Assembly: GCF_963676685.1 (NCBI RefSeq)
Contig: NC_092352.1
Span: 20,646,001-20,710,000 of the forward strand
Source: Mytilus edulis
Taxonomy: Eukaryota
Direction of reading: 5' to 3'
DNA: 64,000 bases
Below, in pieces: positions 1 to 12,665 of the stretch (position 1 is its first letter; each line of letters begins with the position of its first letter). The translations under genes were made by a program, and so were the position numbers. The notes beneath the pieces are model-generated. The model did not search any database, was not told the DNA's origin, and was given only the letters and a program-made list of their open reading frames with translations.

Positions 1-3
1 CAG

Positions 4-153
4 CAGAGGCGGATTTAGGGGGGGCAGGGGCCCCTCCTTTTTGGGAAAAAAATTGGTTGCTTATATAGGAAATCATTGAAGCATGACTGGAGCGGCCCCC
101 TCTTAGGTCAGTCAGTGGGCCCCCACTTATGAAAATTTCTGGATCCGCCACTG
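4..153. mobile_element. Short non-autonomous TIR element (MITE)
   Basis: Imperfect inverted ends CAGAGGCGGAT ... ATCCGCCACTG around a GC-rich interior; no coding capacity. Confidence 0.55.
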
Positions 154-161
154 TACAGTAA

Positions 162-435
162 GGCAGCAACCATTTGATTTTCTGGGGGGGGCTATGGTTT
201 TTTTTTCTGGACAAATTATTTTGTGGCGAAAAACAATCTATTTTTTTCGCGACAACTCGAAAACAATTTTTTTCTTTCAATTTTAGCATTACATATGGTG
301 GCAGCTGAGGATGAAACAAACAATTTTTTTTTCTCAGAATCAAAAACAAATTATTTTTTTCTCCAAAAACTGGAAACAAACTTTTTTTTCCAAAAAAAAC
401 CATAGCCCCCCCCAGAAAATCAAATGGTTGCTGCC
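162..435. mobile_element. PIF/Harbinger-type MITE
   Basis: ~30-bp TIRs GGCAGCAACCATTTGATTTTCTGGGGGGG / CCCCCCCAGAAAATCAAATGGTTGCTGCC, flanked by TAA on both sides (3-bp TWA TSD typical of Harbinger). Confidence 0.8.
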
Positions 436-1195
436 TAAAGGGTATTAAGATTTAATTAGGGATACCCATAGTCATTGTTTTCATGCAGGTCTTTTGAGGT
501 ATTTAGATATATCATTATCTGATTTTTAAAACCGCATTTGCAACATCATCAAACAACGAGAAAAGATATCGTAAAATGTGTTCTAGACCTATGTGAAATG
601 TTTATACATTAATACCTTTCCCGGCCCCTGTCACTAAAGCTTTCTTTCCATCAAATTTTATTTCCATCCTCCCACTTTGTAAAACGTTTTCGTGATCTGG
701 ACAACGAAAAGTAGGTTATCTATATAATGCGTCTTTGTGACACCGAAGAAATAACAAACTGCAGTCTAACGAATGACAACCAAAGTTAGTAAATCGAGCA
801 AAATATGCGTGAAGATTCTTTTGAAGGTAATGATGAAGCATTTTTAAAATGATGGTCTTTTTTACCAATCAAAAATGTCTATCTAAAGTGCCAAACCCCA
901 ACAATGTAAACAATAAAATTGCTCTATTTGCAATCGAAAGAAAGGGGGGGGGGGGAAGTGTGTACAAATTACACTTTTTTCCACAGCAAATAGATATGAA
1001 ATCACTATGCTAACAAATTTTATTACGAGAATACAAATGATAACATGCAAGGCTACAAGTTTACAACTTTTCTGAAATATTGAATGCATTCAGGGTTGTT
1101 TATTAGTCCAAATAGTATGACGTCTCTCTCACAAGCAAAACACTCTAACTGTAAAAATATAATGGCATTGCCATACACTACAATCACAGGAACAC

Positions 1196-2455
1196 ATACA
1201 TCTTATCGCTATTCCAGGCTGACCAGGGAATCTGTCCCGTTTCAGGCGCGTAGCTACGTTTACGTCAAAACGCCCGGGCGTACACTTAGTTAAATATTGA
1301 TAAAAAAAATATTTTAATCTAAAGAAAATAAAAAGGTATGGTGAAGAGCATACCAGCTTTACAATTCTTCCTTCAATGGCTCGTAATTGCGAATAAAAGT
1401 ATAACGAAATTAAATTTTTAACCAACTTTTATCATATTATAATTTGTTCATATTCTGTCAAAGTCTGAATCTACTGTGAGTTCTATATGTCGAAAAAAGG
1501 GAGACATAACGACTCTAGATTTCGTCGGCCGCATCAACATTAAGGTTCAATATGTAGTGAAGAGTGTTTTGTTTAATAACAATTACTTTAATTGTCAAAC
1601 CTTCCAATTTAATGAAACTTGAGCAGAATCGATGCTTTTTTTTTTATGATTTATGTCTGAAGCAAAATAAATGACAAACGATCTGGGATTTTTTTTTGGA
1701 ATGATAAACCTTCATAGATTGTCATGAAACTCAGGCCAAAATTATCTTGTTCAAATCAAGAAAAAATTGCTAAAGAAAATGTTTGATTTTTGAAAATCCT
1801 GTAATGGACTAATACTGTGGATTCATTTATTTTCGTGGGTATCAATTTCATAAATGGATTAATCGTATAGCTTTTTGCGGGAAGAAATCCAAGGCGAGAA
1901 CCAGGGTTACACAGACCCCTTTACGAATTTTAATATTGCACCTGAACATCTCTGAAAATTAATTATTTTATGTTCATTTACGGAGTTTGGACATTAAAAA
2001 AAATGTTGTTGTTGATTGAGGGCTTAACCCCACGGCTCCTGTTAACAATATTTTTGAGGTACTGGTTTGAATGTTGAATGACCATTTGATTTTAAATTAA
2101 CAAAATGAATAATTTAACATAAAAAATAAACCATTTATATTCTAAAGTAAGTTGCTACTGATGAATTTTTTTTTTTTTACATTCTCGTTAACTCATTAAC
2201 TTCCGGGGCTTCACCCCCCGAACCCACTGCCAGCTGGTGCTTTGACCTTGACCTGCTCGTAGCCTTCAGACTTCTGGCCAAGGTTCGGGCGTACACTTAA
2301 AAATGACATAGCTACGCCACTGCGTTTGAACAATTGACATAATACAACAATCACTTTTCCATTTTGGCGTCAGATATTTTGTATTAAGTCGTCAAAATTG
2401 TACAGGAACCTGTGAGATGTCCAGTAATGGGAGACAAATAGCGATAAGGTGTATT
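1196..2455. mobile_element. MITE containing a nested second MITE (1243-2322)
   Basis: Outer inverted ends ATACATCTTATCGCTATT / AATAGCGATAAGGTGTAT. Inner element CAGGCGCGTAGCTACG ... CATAGCTACGCCACTG is flanked by direct repeat CGTTT (1238-1242, 2323-2327). Confidence 0.6.
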
Positions 2456-3780
2456 CTACTGCATCCATACAGCACATGGATATACATGTAAGGCGTCACT
2501 GAAAAAAAGTAGAGCCTTTCAAGATGTCATAATTATTTGGACTTTACGGTAACCAGAACCATTAATTGTTAAAAAACCAGAAACCTCCTCCATCATGTCT
2601 ATATCGAACATTTTTAGTATCCTATGAAATTAATAGGTGATTCAGAAACTTTAAATGCAATTTTGATACTTTTTGTGCATCTTACATGTACATTTTGTAG
2701 TTAGGTTACTAAACATGGCATCCATATCACTGAACTAATACACATTCTTGTTTAAGAGCCAGTTGAAACACCTTCAGGTACAATGTACAGGATTTTATCG
2801 CTCTTTGGTTTTGTTGTTGTCTCTCTGACACATAATTTCCCCATTTCCATTCTCAATTTTATTTGTTTTGTTTCGTTTGTCATTGTTTCACCAAGCTTCC
2901 TTTCTGACAGGGACCTATAGACATTTACAGAGATGGGCAAAAAGTATGTAACTGTATCAAGACTAATAAAATTACAACTGCAATATTCAACTGATATAGA
3001 AGAAACTTGTATACATTAGGCCAGTCTGCCTAATTAACTTATAAATATGGACTTTTTATGCCAGGAACCAATGCATTCCCACTTAGGTTAAAGTTTTCAA
3101 AATTTTAATATCTTTCATATATAAGCTGTAGTGTTTTATAAATATATCCTTTCAAATTTAAACAAAAGTGCACAAAACTTGATTGTAAGTAAAAGTTTTA
3201 GAACACATTTCAGCCTTCCAATCTATTTCACAGTGTCCTTTTATACAAACTATATATAGTATTTTAATTACCTGTACCTAACTTATTTTACTGGAAAAAG
3301 CAGCCAGTTGTAAACCACATCCTTAAGCCTTGCATACTTAACTACACATTTATACCTAATTGTACCGGTAATACAACTTTTCTCACAACTTAACCATGTT
3401 AATTTTGTTTTATAAAAAACTGTTTTTAATGTCCTATTGTATGTTAGATGGCTTGTAGCTGAACATTTAAGTCGGCTGTTGATAATGTTAAATCTTTATT
3501 CTCATTCAGATTTTGAAGAAAATGGATACATGAAGACATGTGACTAATGTGTGAAATAATTCGGTACCTGTTTGGACGTTACTCAGTTTTTTCCTGTAAA
3601 TTGTCATCAGTTCTACTATTTTTCTTCAACCTAGCTTGGCAGTCAAGAGTTCGTTTACCAGTTTTGATTGTAAGTTTCCAACTAGCCACAGATATGAGAA
3701 TCCAAGCAGAAATTGATTTTGCTTGAAAATGTAGGTTCCAAATAATTACCAGTGTTAGCTAATATCTGTGATAAATAACA

Positions 3781-4965
3781 ATGAGTCGTGGTGTACGGGA
3801 CTTACGTGACTTAATTTGTGTGTCTCGTTTGACAGTCAGAGATAGTGATGAAGAATTTATATCAGATGACGATAACGTGACCAATGATTTTGATCGTCTG
3901 TCCTTAGGTAGTACTGATTCATGTGATAGCCGTAATGAATCAGGAAAACGTTTTTCTCCTGATTCTGGTTGCGTTACTAATGGAGAAACACCACCTGAAG
4001 TGTCCAATTCATTAGAACTACCAATATCTACTTCATTAGATTTGTCAGTAAATGACTCAAAACCGAAACGTAAAAGAAAGAAAAAGCAAAAAACTTTACA
4101 TACTGTTCCATATAGACATGATTTGCCACAAAAACATATGCCACTACCACCTTTGCGACCATCCTCCAGTTTTGATGTAGATTCATCATCTCAACCAATC
4201 GGTGTCTCACAATCTCCTCAGCAAACAAACTTTGATAACATGATGTGTTATATGGATGCAACAGTGGTTTCAGCATGGTTAACCCGTGCCAATGAAAGTG
4301 TGGAAAAACTTTCAAATTTCTGCAACATTAGTGATAATTTTGTTCGCTTTGCTCATTTTTGGTTGTCTGATTTCCCAGGTGTTGAGAAACAGGAGATATT
4401 TGAATTAGAAAATGGAATTCTTACAGAAGAACTTTCTTTTGCTTTTACTGTCGGACGTGAGCAAAGAAAGATAAATTATAGAGACGTACTTGATTTATCT
4501 AAAGCTGTGTTCAGGGAGTACCCAGGTAGGCTGCTCAGTTCAAAGGGATCTCATATATTTCTAGACTACCTCGGAGTTCTTACTTCTGGTAAAAAAGAAG
4601 AATATAAGAAAATGTTGTCTGATGTAAAGTGTTCAACCAGAAATAAACAGTATGCACAGTGGCTACTAGCCATTCGCTCATTTGCTATTGTAAGCTGTTG
4701 GTCAGCTATTGTAAACTTCTACCGTAATTTAATAGATCGACTACACCACAGCAATCCGATATCACACAGCAGTAACCAGGACAATGAAGACATTCATCAT
4801 ATGAGACTTTCTCAGGCTATTAGATTAGGATATGTTGATGTTGTACATTATTATAATGTCAGTGGCCATGTTTCTCTAAAGAGCATAGATTCTCATGACA
4901 GGACAACAATCTTTACTGCTGTAATGCACAATCAACCTGATGTTCTGCAATATCTTATAAACAGA
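3781..4965 (+). CDS. Ankyrin-repeat protein, coding exon 1 (low-complexity N-terminus, NLS-like KPKRKRKKKQK, unassigned helical domain, first ankyrin repeats)
   Basis: 395 codons from ATG 3781 to donor AGA|GTAAGT at 4966 (phase 0). Ankyrin-like 'QAIRLGYVDVVHY' and 'DSHDRTTIFTAVMHNQPDVLQYLI'. Confidence 0.85.
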
Positions 4966-5227
4966 GTAAGTGTATATATATTTAATGTATGTATGGTAAT
5001 TTCTGATAGGGTAACAGTGTACTGTACATGATGTCAAATCAATAACCGACTGTGCAAGGGCTGTATAGCTAGTCAAGGTCGTTAAAAACTTCCATTTGTT
5101 GTCAATACATTGCAATACAAGTTTATTTAATATCAAAATTTTTATTGGTAATTTTATTTGAAAAAAAGACTAAAAACAACAAAGTCAATATATGCATATA
5201 TATACACATGTATATTCATACGGTAAA

Positions 5228-5320
5228 TAACCTTTTTTTCATAAATTACAGCTGTAGATATAGCTAGAGACTTTGGTCATACATGTAGTGAATTACTGGA
5301 ATTGTTTCAAACTTGTCAAT
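5228..5320 (+). pseudogene. Degenerate partial duplicate of the ankyrin gene's last exon inside intron 1
   Basis: 5252-5320 aligns with 7193-7255 (GATATAGCTAGAGA.TTTGG.CATA[CATGTA]GTGAATTACTGGAATTGTTTCAAAC) and is preceded by an acceptor-like TAACCTTTTTTT...ACAG. Confidence 0.8.
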
Positions 5321-5462
5321 ATAGTTTCTCAAGTTTTTACTCTTGTATATGTCATTGTTGTGTATGTACATGTATGATATATATTTTGAAAAATTGATGA
5401 ATGCATTTTAAGAGCTAAAAGTTCCCACATGAAATAAAAATTATTATCTTTTGATTCTTTTT

Positions 5463-6411
5463 TATGCCCCACCTATGATAGTAGAGGGGCATTATGTTTT
5501 CTGGTCTGTGCCTCCGTTCGTTTGTTCGTTCGTTCGTCCCGCTTCAGGTTAAAGTTTTTGGTCAAGGTAGTTTTTGATGAAGCTGAAGTCCAATCAACTT
5601 GAAACTTAGTACACTGGTTGCTTATGATATGATCTTTCTAATTTTAAAGCCAAATTAGACTTTTGACCCCAATTTCATGGTCCACTGAACATAGAAATGA
5701 AAGTGCAAGTTTCAGGTTAAAGTTTTTGGTCAAGGTAGTTTTTGATGAAGCTGAAGTCCAATCAACTTGAAACTTAGTACACTTGTTGCTTATGATATGT
5801 TCTTTCTAATTTTAAAGCCAAATTAGACTTGACCCCAATTTCACGGTCCACTGAACATAGAAATGAAAGTGCGAGTTTCAGGTTAAAGTTTTTGGTCAAG
5901 GTAGTTTTTGATGAATCTGAAGTCCAATCAACTTGAAACTTAGTACACTTGTTGCTTATAATATGATCTTTCTAATTTTAATGCCAAATTAGACTTTTGA
6001 CCCCAATTTCATGGTCCACTGAACATAGAAATGAAAGTGCGAGTTTCAGGTTAAAGTTTTTGGTCAAGGTAGTTTTTGATGAAGCTGAAGTCCAATCAAC
6101 TTGAAACTTAGTTCACTTGTTGCTTATGATATGTTCTTTCTAATTTTAAAGCCAAATTAGACTTTTGACCCCAATTTCATGGTCCACTGAACATAGAAAT
6201 GAAAGTGGGAGTTTCAGGTTAAAGTTTTTGGTCAAGGTAGTTTTTGATGAAGTTGTAGTCCAAACAACTTGAAACTTAGTACACATGTTCCATATGGTAT
6301 GATCTTTCTAAATTTATTGCAAATTTAGATTTTTTATCCAATTTCACGGTCCATTGGACATGGAAATTGATAGTGCGAGTGGGGCATCCTTGTACTTAGG
6401 ACACATTCTTG
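5463..6411 (+). mobile_element. Helentron-associated (HINE/pearl-like) element with five ~168-bp tandem repeats
   Basis: Subterminal inverted repeat ATGCCCCAC / GTGGGGCAT, (CGTT)n microsatellite, repeat starts at ~5545, 5713, 5879, 6047, 6215, T-rich flanks. Confidence 0.8.
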
Positions 6412-6418
6412 TTTTCAG

Positions 6419-6599
6419 GTGAACCCCAAAATCAATGTGAACCAAGCAGCAGATACAGGAAACAGTCCACTCCATGCAGCAGCTAACAATGGCAACACAG
6501 AAATGGTCACTATATTGGTTAAAAGTCCTGATATAAATGTCAACATCACAAACCCACAGTGTGAAAATGCTACTGCAATACATCTGGCTGTTATGCATG
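6419..6599 (+). CDS. Ankyrin-repeat protein, coding exon 2
   Basis: Acceptor TTTTCAG|GTG. Encodes VNPKINVNQAADTGNSPLHAAANNGNTEMVTILV...ATAIHLAVMHG (canonical ankyrin). Donor G|GTTTGT, phase 1. Confidence 0.9.
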
Positions 6600-7120
6600 G
6601 TTTGTTTATTATTGTGTTTCTGATAAAGAGTGTCTACATGTACTAAAATGTACAGTTTTGGATACTATATTCAATGTTCACTTTAATTTGTTCACTTTGT
6701 TAATCTATCTTGAATCTTTTCACAAATGGATGAACCTTTATGAAACCTTGATTTATATAATGATATCTGTAGCTGAGATAAATTTCAGGGTTTATTTTTT
6801 TACAAATTACAAATACTGAATGAAAAAGTGTTAAGTAAATGTACATGTATGCATGACCATTATTTGTCCATGAAGTACTATAAGTCTTTGTTTCTGTTAT
6901 TCATAGACTTATTATATATATTTTAACTTCACATTAATGATCATTTAGTCATTCAAACTTGTAAATAACTGTGTGATTGTAAGTAGTTTGAATTGAAGAG
7001 TGCTAATAATGAATCTTTTTACAAATGTATTACTTTATAAAACAATGTAGACATATTAACATTGTATATGAAACATGTTTTCATTGATCTTCTTTCAAAA
7101 TTAACCTTTTTACATTTCAG

Positions 7121-7251
7121 GTCATAAGGATGTGGTTAAGCTATTAATTCTGGCAAATGCAGACCTCAGTTTGAAGATGGGAGACCTTACCCCTGTGGAT
7201 ATAGCTAGAGATTTTGGACATAGTGAATTACTGGAATTGTTTCAAACCTGA
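7121..7251 (+). CDS. Ankyrin-repeat protein, last coding exon
   Basis: Acceptor TACATTTCAG|GT is phase-compatible. Encodes (G)HKDVVKLLILANADLSLKMGDLTPVDIARDFGHSELLELFQT-TGA. Spliced protein ~498 aa. Confidence 0.9.
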
Positions 7252-8126
7252 CCATTCTAATGTGATAAAACCAGAAACAGGTCACACTGGTCAATTTGAA
7301 TTGTTACAGATGTGATATTAATGCTGAAACTATAATCAGTTATTACAAAGTTACTGATTGGTCTCAGGCAGTACTAATGCTAATGGTATCCCTTAGGATA
7401 TTGAAAATATAATCCATCCAAAAACACACTGTATTTGAATCATTAGAAAATCTAACCTCTGATGAGACTATCTTAATGGAAATTAATGTTTGCGCTATAG
7501 ACATGAGCATTTCATCCAGAAAAGTAATAAATCCATTAACACCTAAGTTTTAAGGACTTACATAACAATTTATTTCTACAGGAAGCTTTTTCAAGATTAG
7601 TTGTTAAACAGATTTAAGCTTAAGAAAATGTCTATTATCTTAGGAAAAAGAATTAGTGGATAATAAGTTTAATAGTTTACTGTATTTCAGGTTTTTATGC
7701 ATGCATTTATTTTATAAAAAATATTGGACAACTGGCAGTATAGGAATTTGATGCAAAAGCTGTTAATTTGAAGTATACTGCTACATTTATAGCAAGATTT
7801 ATGTGAATTTTAATTATTGCTTTATATGTGTTCATCTATCACGTTTAGCAGCATTGTTGAATGTATGAACCAAGGCCAACAAGGTCAGACTTGGTATTGT
7901 ACTCAATTGTGCTTAAGATGACTCAAGGGTACAAAAATTCTGCAAAAAATAAAACATTTCTTTTTTCAATACAAATTTTATTTATAACACTAACTAGTTG
8001 TTACTTTGAGATAAGGTACAAAAATCAACCAAAAAAATCTACTCGTTTTGGCCCCAGATGACTTTAAAATGTTTATATCATTGGAAAAGCTCCAAGTTAT
8101 CTTCTTTTGGTGAATAAATGCCATTT

Positions 8127-9385
8127 TTAGCTCACCTGGCCCAAAGGGCCAAGTGAGCTTTTCTCATCACTTTGCGTCCGTCGTCCGTAAACTTTTACAA
8201 AAATCTTATCCTCTGAAACTACTGGGCAAAATTTAACCAAACTTGGCCACAATCATCATTGGGGTATCTAGTTTAAAAATTGTGTGCGGCGACCCGCCAA
8301 AATAATCAAGATGGCCGCCATGGCTAAAAATAGAACATAGGGGTAAAATGTAGATGTTGGCTTATAACTCTGAAACCACAGCATTTAGAGCAAATCTGTC
8401 TGGAGTTAAATTGTTTATTAGGTCAAGATCTATCTGCCCTCAAATTTTCAGATGAATCAGACAATGGGTTGTTGGGTTGCTGCCCCTGAATTGGTAATTT
8501 TAAGGAAATTTTGTCTGTTTTCGGTTATTATCTTGAATATTATTATAGATAGAGATAAACTGTAAACAGCAATAATGTTCAGCAAAGTAAGATTTACAAA
8601 TAAGTCAACATGACCAAAATGGTAATTTGACCCCTTTAGGAGTTATTGCCCTTTATAGTCAATTTTTAATCATTTTTCGTAAAGCTTAGTAATCTTTTAG
8701 AAAAATCTTCTCCTCTGAAACTACTGGGCCAAATTAAACCAAACTTGGCCATAATCATCATTGGAGTATCTAGTTTAGAAAATGTGTCTGGTAACTCTGC
8801 CAACCAACCAAGATTGCCACCATGGCTAAAAAAAGAACATAGGGGTAAAATGCAGTTTTTGGCTTATAACTCAAAAACCAAAGCATTTAGAGCAAATCTG
8901 ATAGGGAGTGAAATTGTTTATCAGGTAAAGATCAATCTGCCCTGGAATTTTCAGATGAATCAGATAACCAATTGTTAGGTTGCTGCCCCTGAATTGGTAA
9001 TTTTAAGGAAATTTTGCTGTTTTTGGTTATTACCTTGAATACTATAATAGATAGAGATAAACTGTAAACAGCAATAATGTACAGCAAAGTAAGACCTAAA
9101 AATAAGTCAACACGACCAAATTGGTCAATTGACCCCCTAAGGAGTTATTGCCCTTCATAGTAAATTTTTAACAATTTTCATAAAATTTGTAGATTTTCAC
9201 TAACATTTTCCACTGAAACTACTGGGCCAAATTCATTATAGATAGAGTTAATTGTAAGCAGCAAGAATGTTAAGTAAAGTAAGATCTAAAAACACATCAC
9301 CATCACCAAATCACAATTTTGTCATGAATCCATCTGTGTCCTTTGTTGACCAAGGTGAGTGACACAGGCTCTTTAGAGCCTCTAG
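8127..9385 (+). mobile_element. HINE/pearl-like element, family 2
   Basis: 5' hairpin AGCTCACCTGGCCCAAAGGGCCAAGTGAGCT, (CGTC)n, ~500-bp internal repeats, 3' subTIR AGGTGAG and hairpin AGGCTCTTTAGAGCCT, inserted in a T run. Confidence 0.8.
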
Positions 9386-11424
9386 TTTTTGAAACTGATG
9401 AAACCATAATTTTTCAATCGAAAAAGGTGATTAAGATTGATTATTCTTTACGTGTCATATAACTTAATTTACCAATTGCTTGCTTGCTTGCTTGCTTGCT
9501 CCAATAAGAAATTTTGCTTGAAGTAGATATATAATATTCTTATTTTGAAAATAGCTGCATTGTTTTGGTGCTATGAATTGTTTTAACATCACTAGTTTAT
9601 TCTTCATAGTGTGTTCTGTTATTTGTTTGTGTATAAAGCATTACATTTTTTTTGACATACTCACCTTACTATTGATTAATTATATTGGGAATGGATTTTG
9701 TCTCGCCTTGAAAAAGTCATGGAAGCTTTTGGTTTTTTTTGGCAGTGCCGACAAATTGTTAGGTTTGTGATAATCTAATTTCAAGGATGTATAAGATTTG
9801 GCACATCTCATTTTATATATTTTTTTTCTGGCACTGTACTCATGCAACTGATTAAAACTTTCGTTAGTTTACATTTTACATATTAGAGTTTATGATTAGG
9901 TCTGGTTAAAGGGAACCAATGGTACTAGGTCAATACTGAATCTAACATTTATGGTTTCCCACGTGTGAACCATGATGCAAATATAGATATGGTTTAATTA
10001 GATTTGATTTCATTGAAGGTTCTCTCAGTTTCAAGGATTTAAATTTTAAATGGCATAAAACAAAATTATTTTTTACCCAATTTAATAGAATTTTTATACC
10101 TCATTCTAAGGGTAAGTGCTATCTATATATATTGGGATCACATTTACAGAGTTCATTTATGTTTTTAAAAAGAATCTTTTTACGCGTAAAGTGATTTTTT
10201 AAGGATCACCACTTAGTGGTTAGAGCTAATAATGTGGCCAACCCATGCCAATCATTTAATTTTTAGGGGGCATTATATGGTTATACATATTGAATTTTAC
10301 CTAAATATATATGGGTGAATACAAATGGCATTTACATTTTGCACCTGGAAACAAATATGAATCAATTAAGCAATTTGACAGAAAAAGGGTTTCGGGGAAG
10401 GGGCAAAATTCTGGATGAGGCTATTTTCTTAGGTGTGGGTTGAAGAAATGCTAAAATTGACTTATTTGGAAGATGAATAATACCCTGGTACGGTATATTT
10501 ATTTACATACATTCATCCATTCATAGGGATGTGTTATACTCATGTTACGAATTTGATGTTTGGTGAGATTGTACTGGTGCACTCTGTCTAGGAATGACAG
10601 AATTTCTTAAACTCAAGATATCAATGATAGTTCAAAACCTATTAATATTTAATATGTGTCATTGATGAGCCTTCTATCATACAAGACAATTTATGAATGA
10701 AGATGAATGTTATTTTTCTTAATCTCCACTTGTAGCACATTGGTCTTTTTTTGTAAATACACAGTGTGTTGATTGTCTACGAATGGTGAGATCTGTGATT
10801 GAATATTTAATAAATTATTTATTTTAATTTATTTTTTGTTTTAGGTTTTACTTGCATTGTAATGAAGCCAAAATATTTTAACTGCATATTAAAAATCTGT
10901 CCATTAACAAATATTATTCTCGATAGTCTTTGAAGCGTTAATGCTTTCTCAACAATTATGAACTTTGTCGTATCCATTTCAATTGGCCTGAAAAAATGAA
11001 AGGCATGTTTCATTCAAGTGTTATGATCAAAAGTATGTCAGAACCTTTACTCTAATCAATATCAGCATCAAAATATTGAAAATTGTATCTACTTTTCAGG
11101 TCTTCATTTAATTTATTACTTGCTTACTTACCATTAAAAGTGGAATACAAAAGATTACATAATGAACAAGAGAAAAAAAAACACTTTTCTCTTATACAGG
11201 CATAATAGACCACAAGAAAAGCAATACAGCGCTTAACCATATCAAAAAATGCTCCTGCTCACTGAATGCAACAATTGAATTAAATATTATCTGTTTGTAC
11301 TATGCTCACAACTATAACAAGAGTATTGAGTCAAAACATATTAGAATTTCATGCATACTATGAAATTAAGTTCCAAGTTCTTAATCCCTTGATGAATTTA
11401 ATTATATAATTCAAACTAGAATTT

Positions 11425-11700
11425 TTATGTCCCACATTATTTTTATTTGGTCTGTTTGTCAGTTCGTTCATCCATCCGTAAGTCGATCTGTCCTGCTTCC
11501 TGTTAAAGTTTTTGGTCGGGGTAGTTTCTAAAGAAGTTCAAGTCCAATCAAGTTGAAACTTAGTACATATGTTCTCTATGCTTTTATCTTTCAAATTTTA
11601 ATGCCAAGATAGATTTTTTGATGACCCAAATTTCATGGTCTACTGAACATAGAAAATGATAGTGCAAGTGGGACATCTGTGTACTATGTACACATTCTTG
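11425..11700 (+). mobile_element. Degenerate single-repeat copy of the 5463-6411 HINE family
   Basis: Same core (GTTAAAGTTTTTGGTC...GAAACTTAGTACA...ACACATTCTTG). Confidence 0.7.
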
Positions 11701-11834
11701 TTGTGTACTATCTTTAAGAGTCTTAGTGCTACTTCATACAATCATTGTAAATTCAAGTATCCAAGTGTCCAATGTGCATGTCTGTGATTACAGTGGCAGA
11801 GTCAATATATGAATAAGGATTGACCCCTTCAATT

Positions 11835-12665
11835 CAGGGTTGGCAAAACCCCGGGTTTTATGAGTATTGCCCAGCCCAGTGGGAAATACTTGGAAAACCC
11901 AGGTTTTACTGGGTTTTAGTGGGTAATACTGGGCAATACTGGGTAATATAAAATACTGGTCTAAATTTCATAGAGGATTCAGTGATCAAACACAAATGTA
12001 ATACATTTAAGATATATATCACTTGTTTTAGTTTTCTATATTGGTCAGACTGTAAATATAAAGCAAAAAAATCATTTTTTTTCAAATAAGTACAACTCAT
12101 ATTAAGAAGTAAGAAAAAAATACATTTAGATTTATGTATATGTACTGTCACTAATTAATAAGTAATTATTCAGATTACAACACAGATTTGTTTATGTAAC
12201 AATAATCAGCCCTTTCAATTCCATAAATTTTAATGGCATGACCCTTAGGTTGTTTATTTAGCAATATGAATGTATAACAATTAAAATAACAATTTACTTA
12301 AAAAAATGCATTTTTATCAAAGATTTGATTATCAAAACAATGCTTGGTAATTAACACGGTATCCTTAAATGTGCAAATCTTGCATTCTGCTTACATATAG
12401 AATAAATGAAGAACTAAATGAAATTGAATTTTTCATTCTTCTAGAAAGGACTCAATGGTTATCTGTATAAAAAGTATATATTTAGCTGTAATACTATGAA
12501 ACTACACCAAGTCTTAACTACTTTGTGTTAAAATGAGCTTAAAAAATCATATTGCCCACTAATGCCCCTGGAGTATTACCCATTTCTGGGAGTATTGCCC
12601 AGCCCGGGAAAACCCGGGTTTTTACACCCGAGAATTCACGGACGGCTAATACTTTGCCAACCCTG
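11835..12665. mobile_element. hAT-type MITE
   Basis: TIRs CAGGGTTGGCAAA / TTTGCCAACCCTG; 8-bp TSD CTTCAATT / CTTCAGTT; subterminal GAGTATTGCCCAGCCC repeats. Confidence 0.8.

Noticed and set aside
223-2940. Short ORFs of 60-98 aa here and similar ones across the window
   Set aside because: They overlap MITEs or repeats, or lie antisense to real exons; low-complexity AT-rich translations with no motifs.
780-3510. Upstream non-coding exon of the ankyrin gene (donor ~827, acceptor ~3510)
   Set aside because: Plausible splice signals, but not distinguishable from chance without transcript data.
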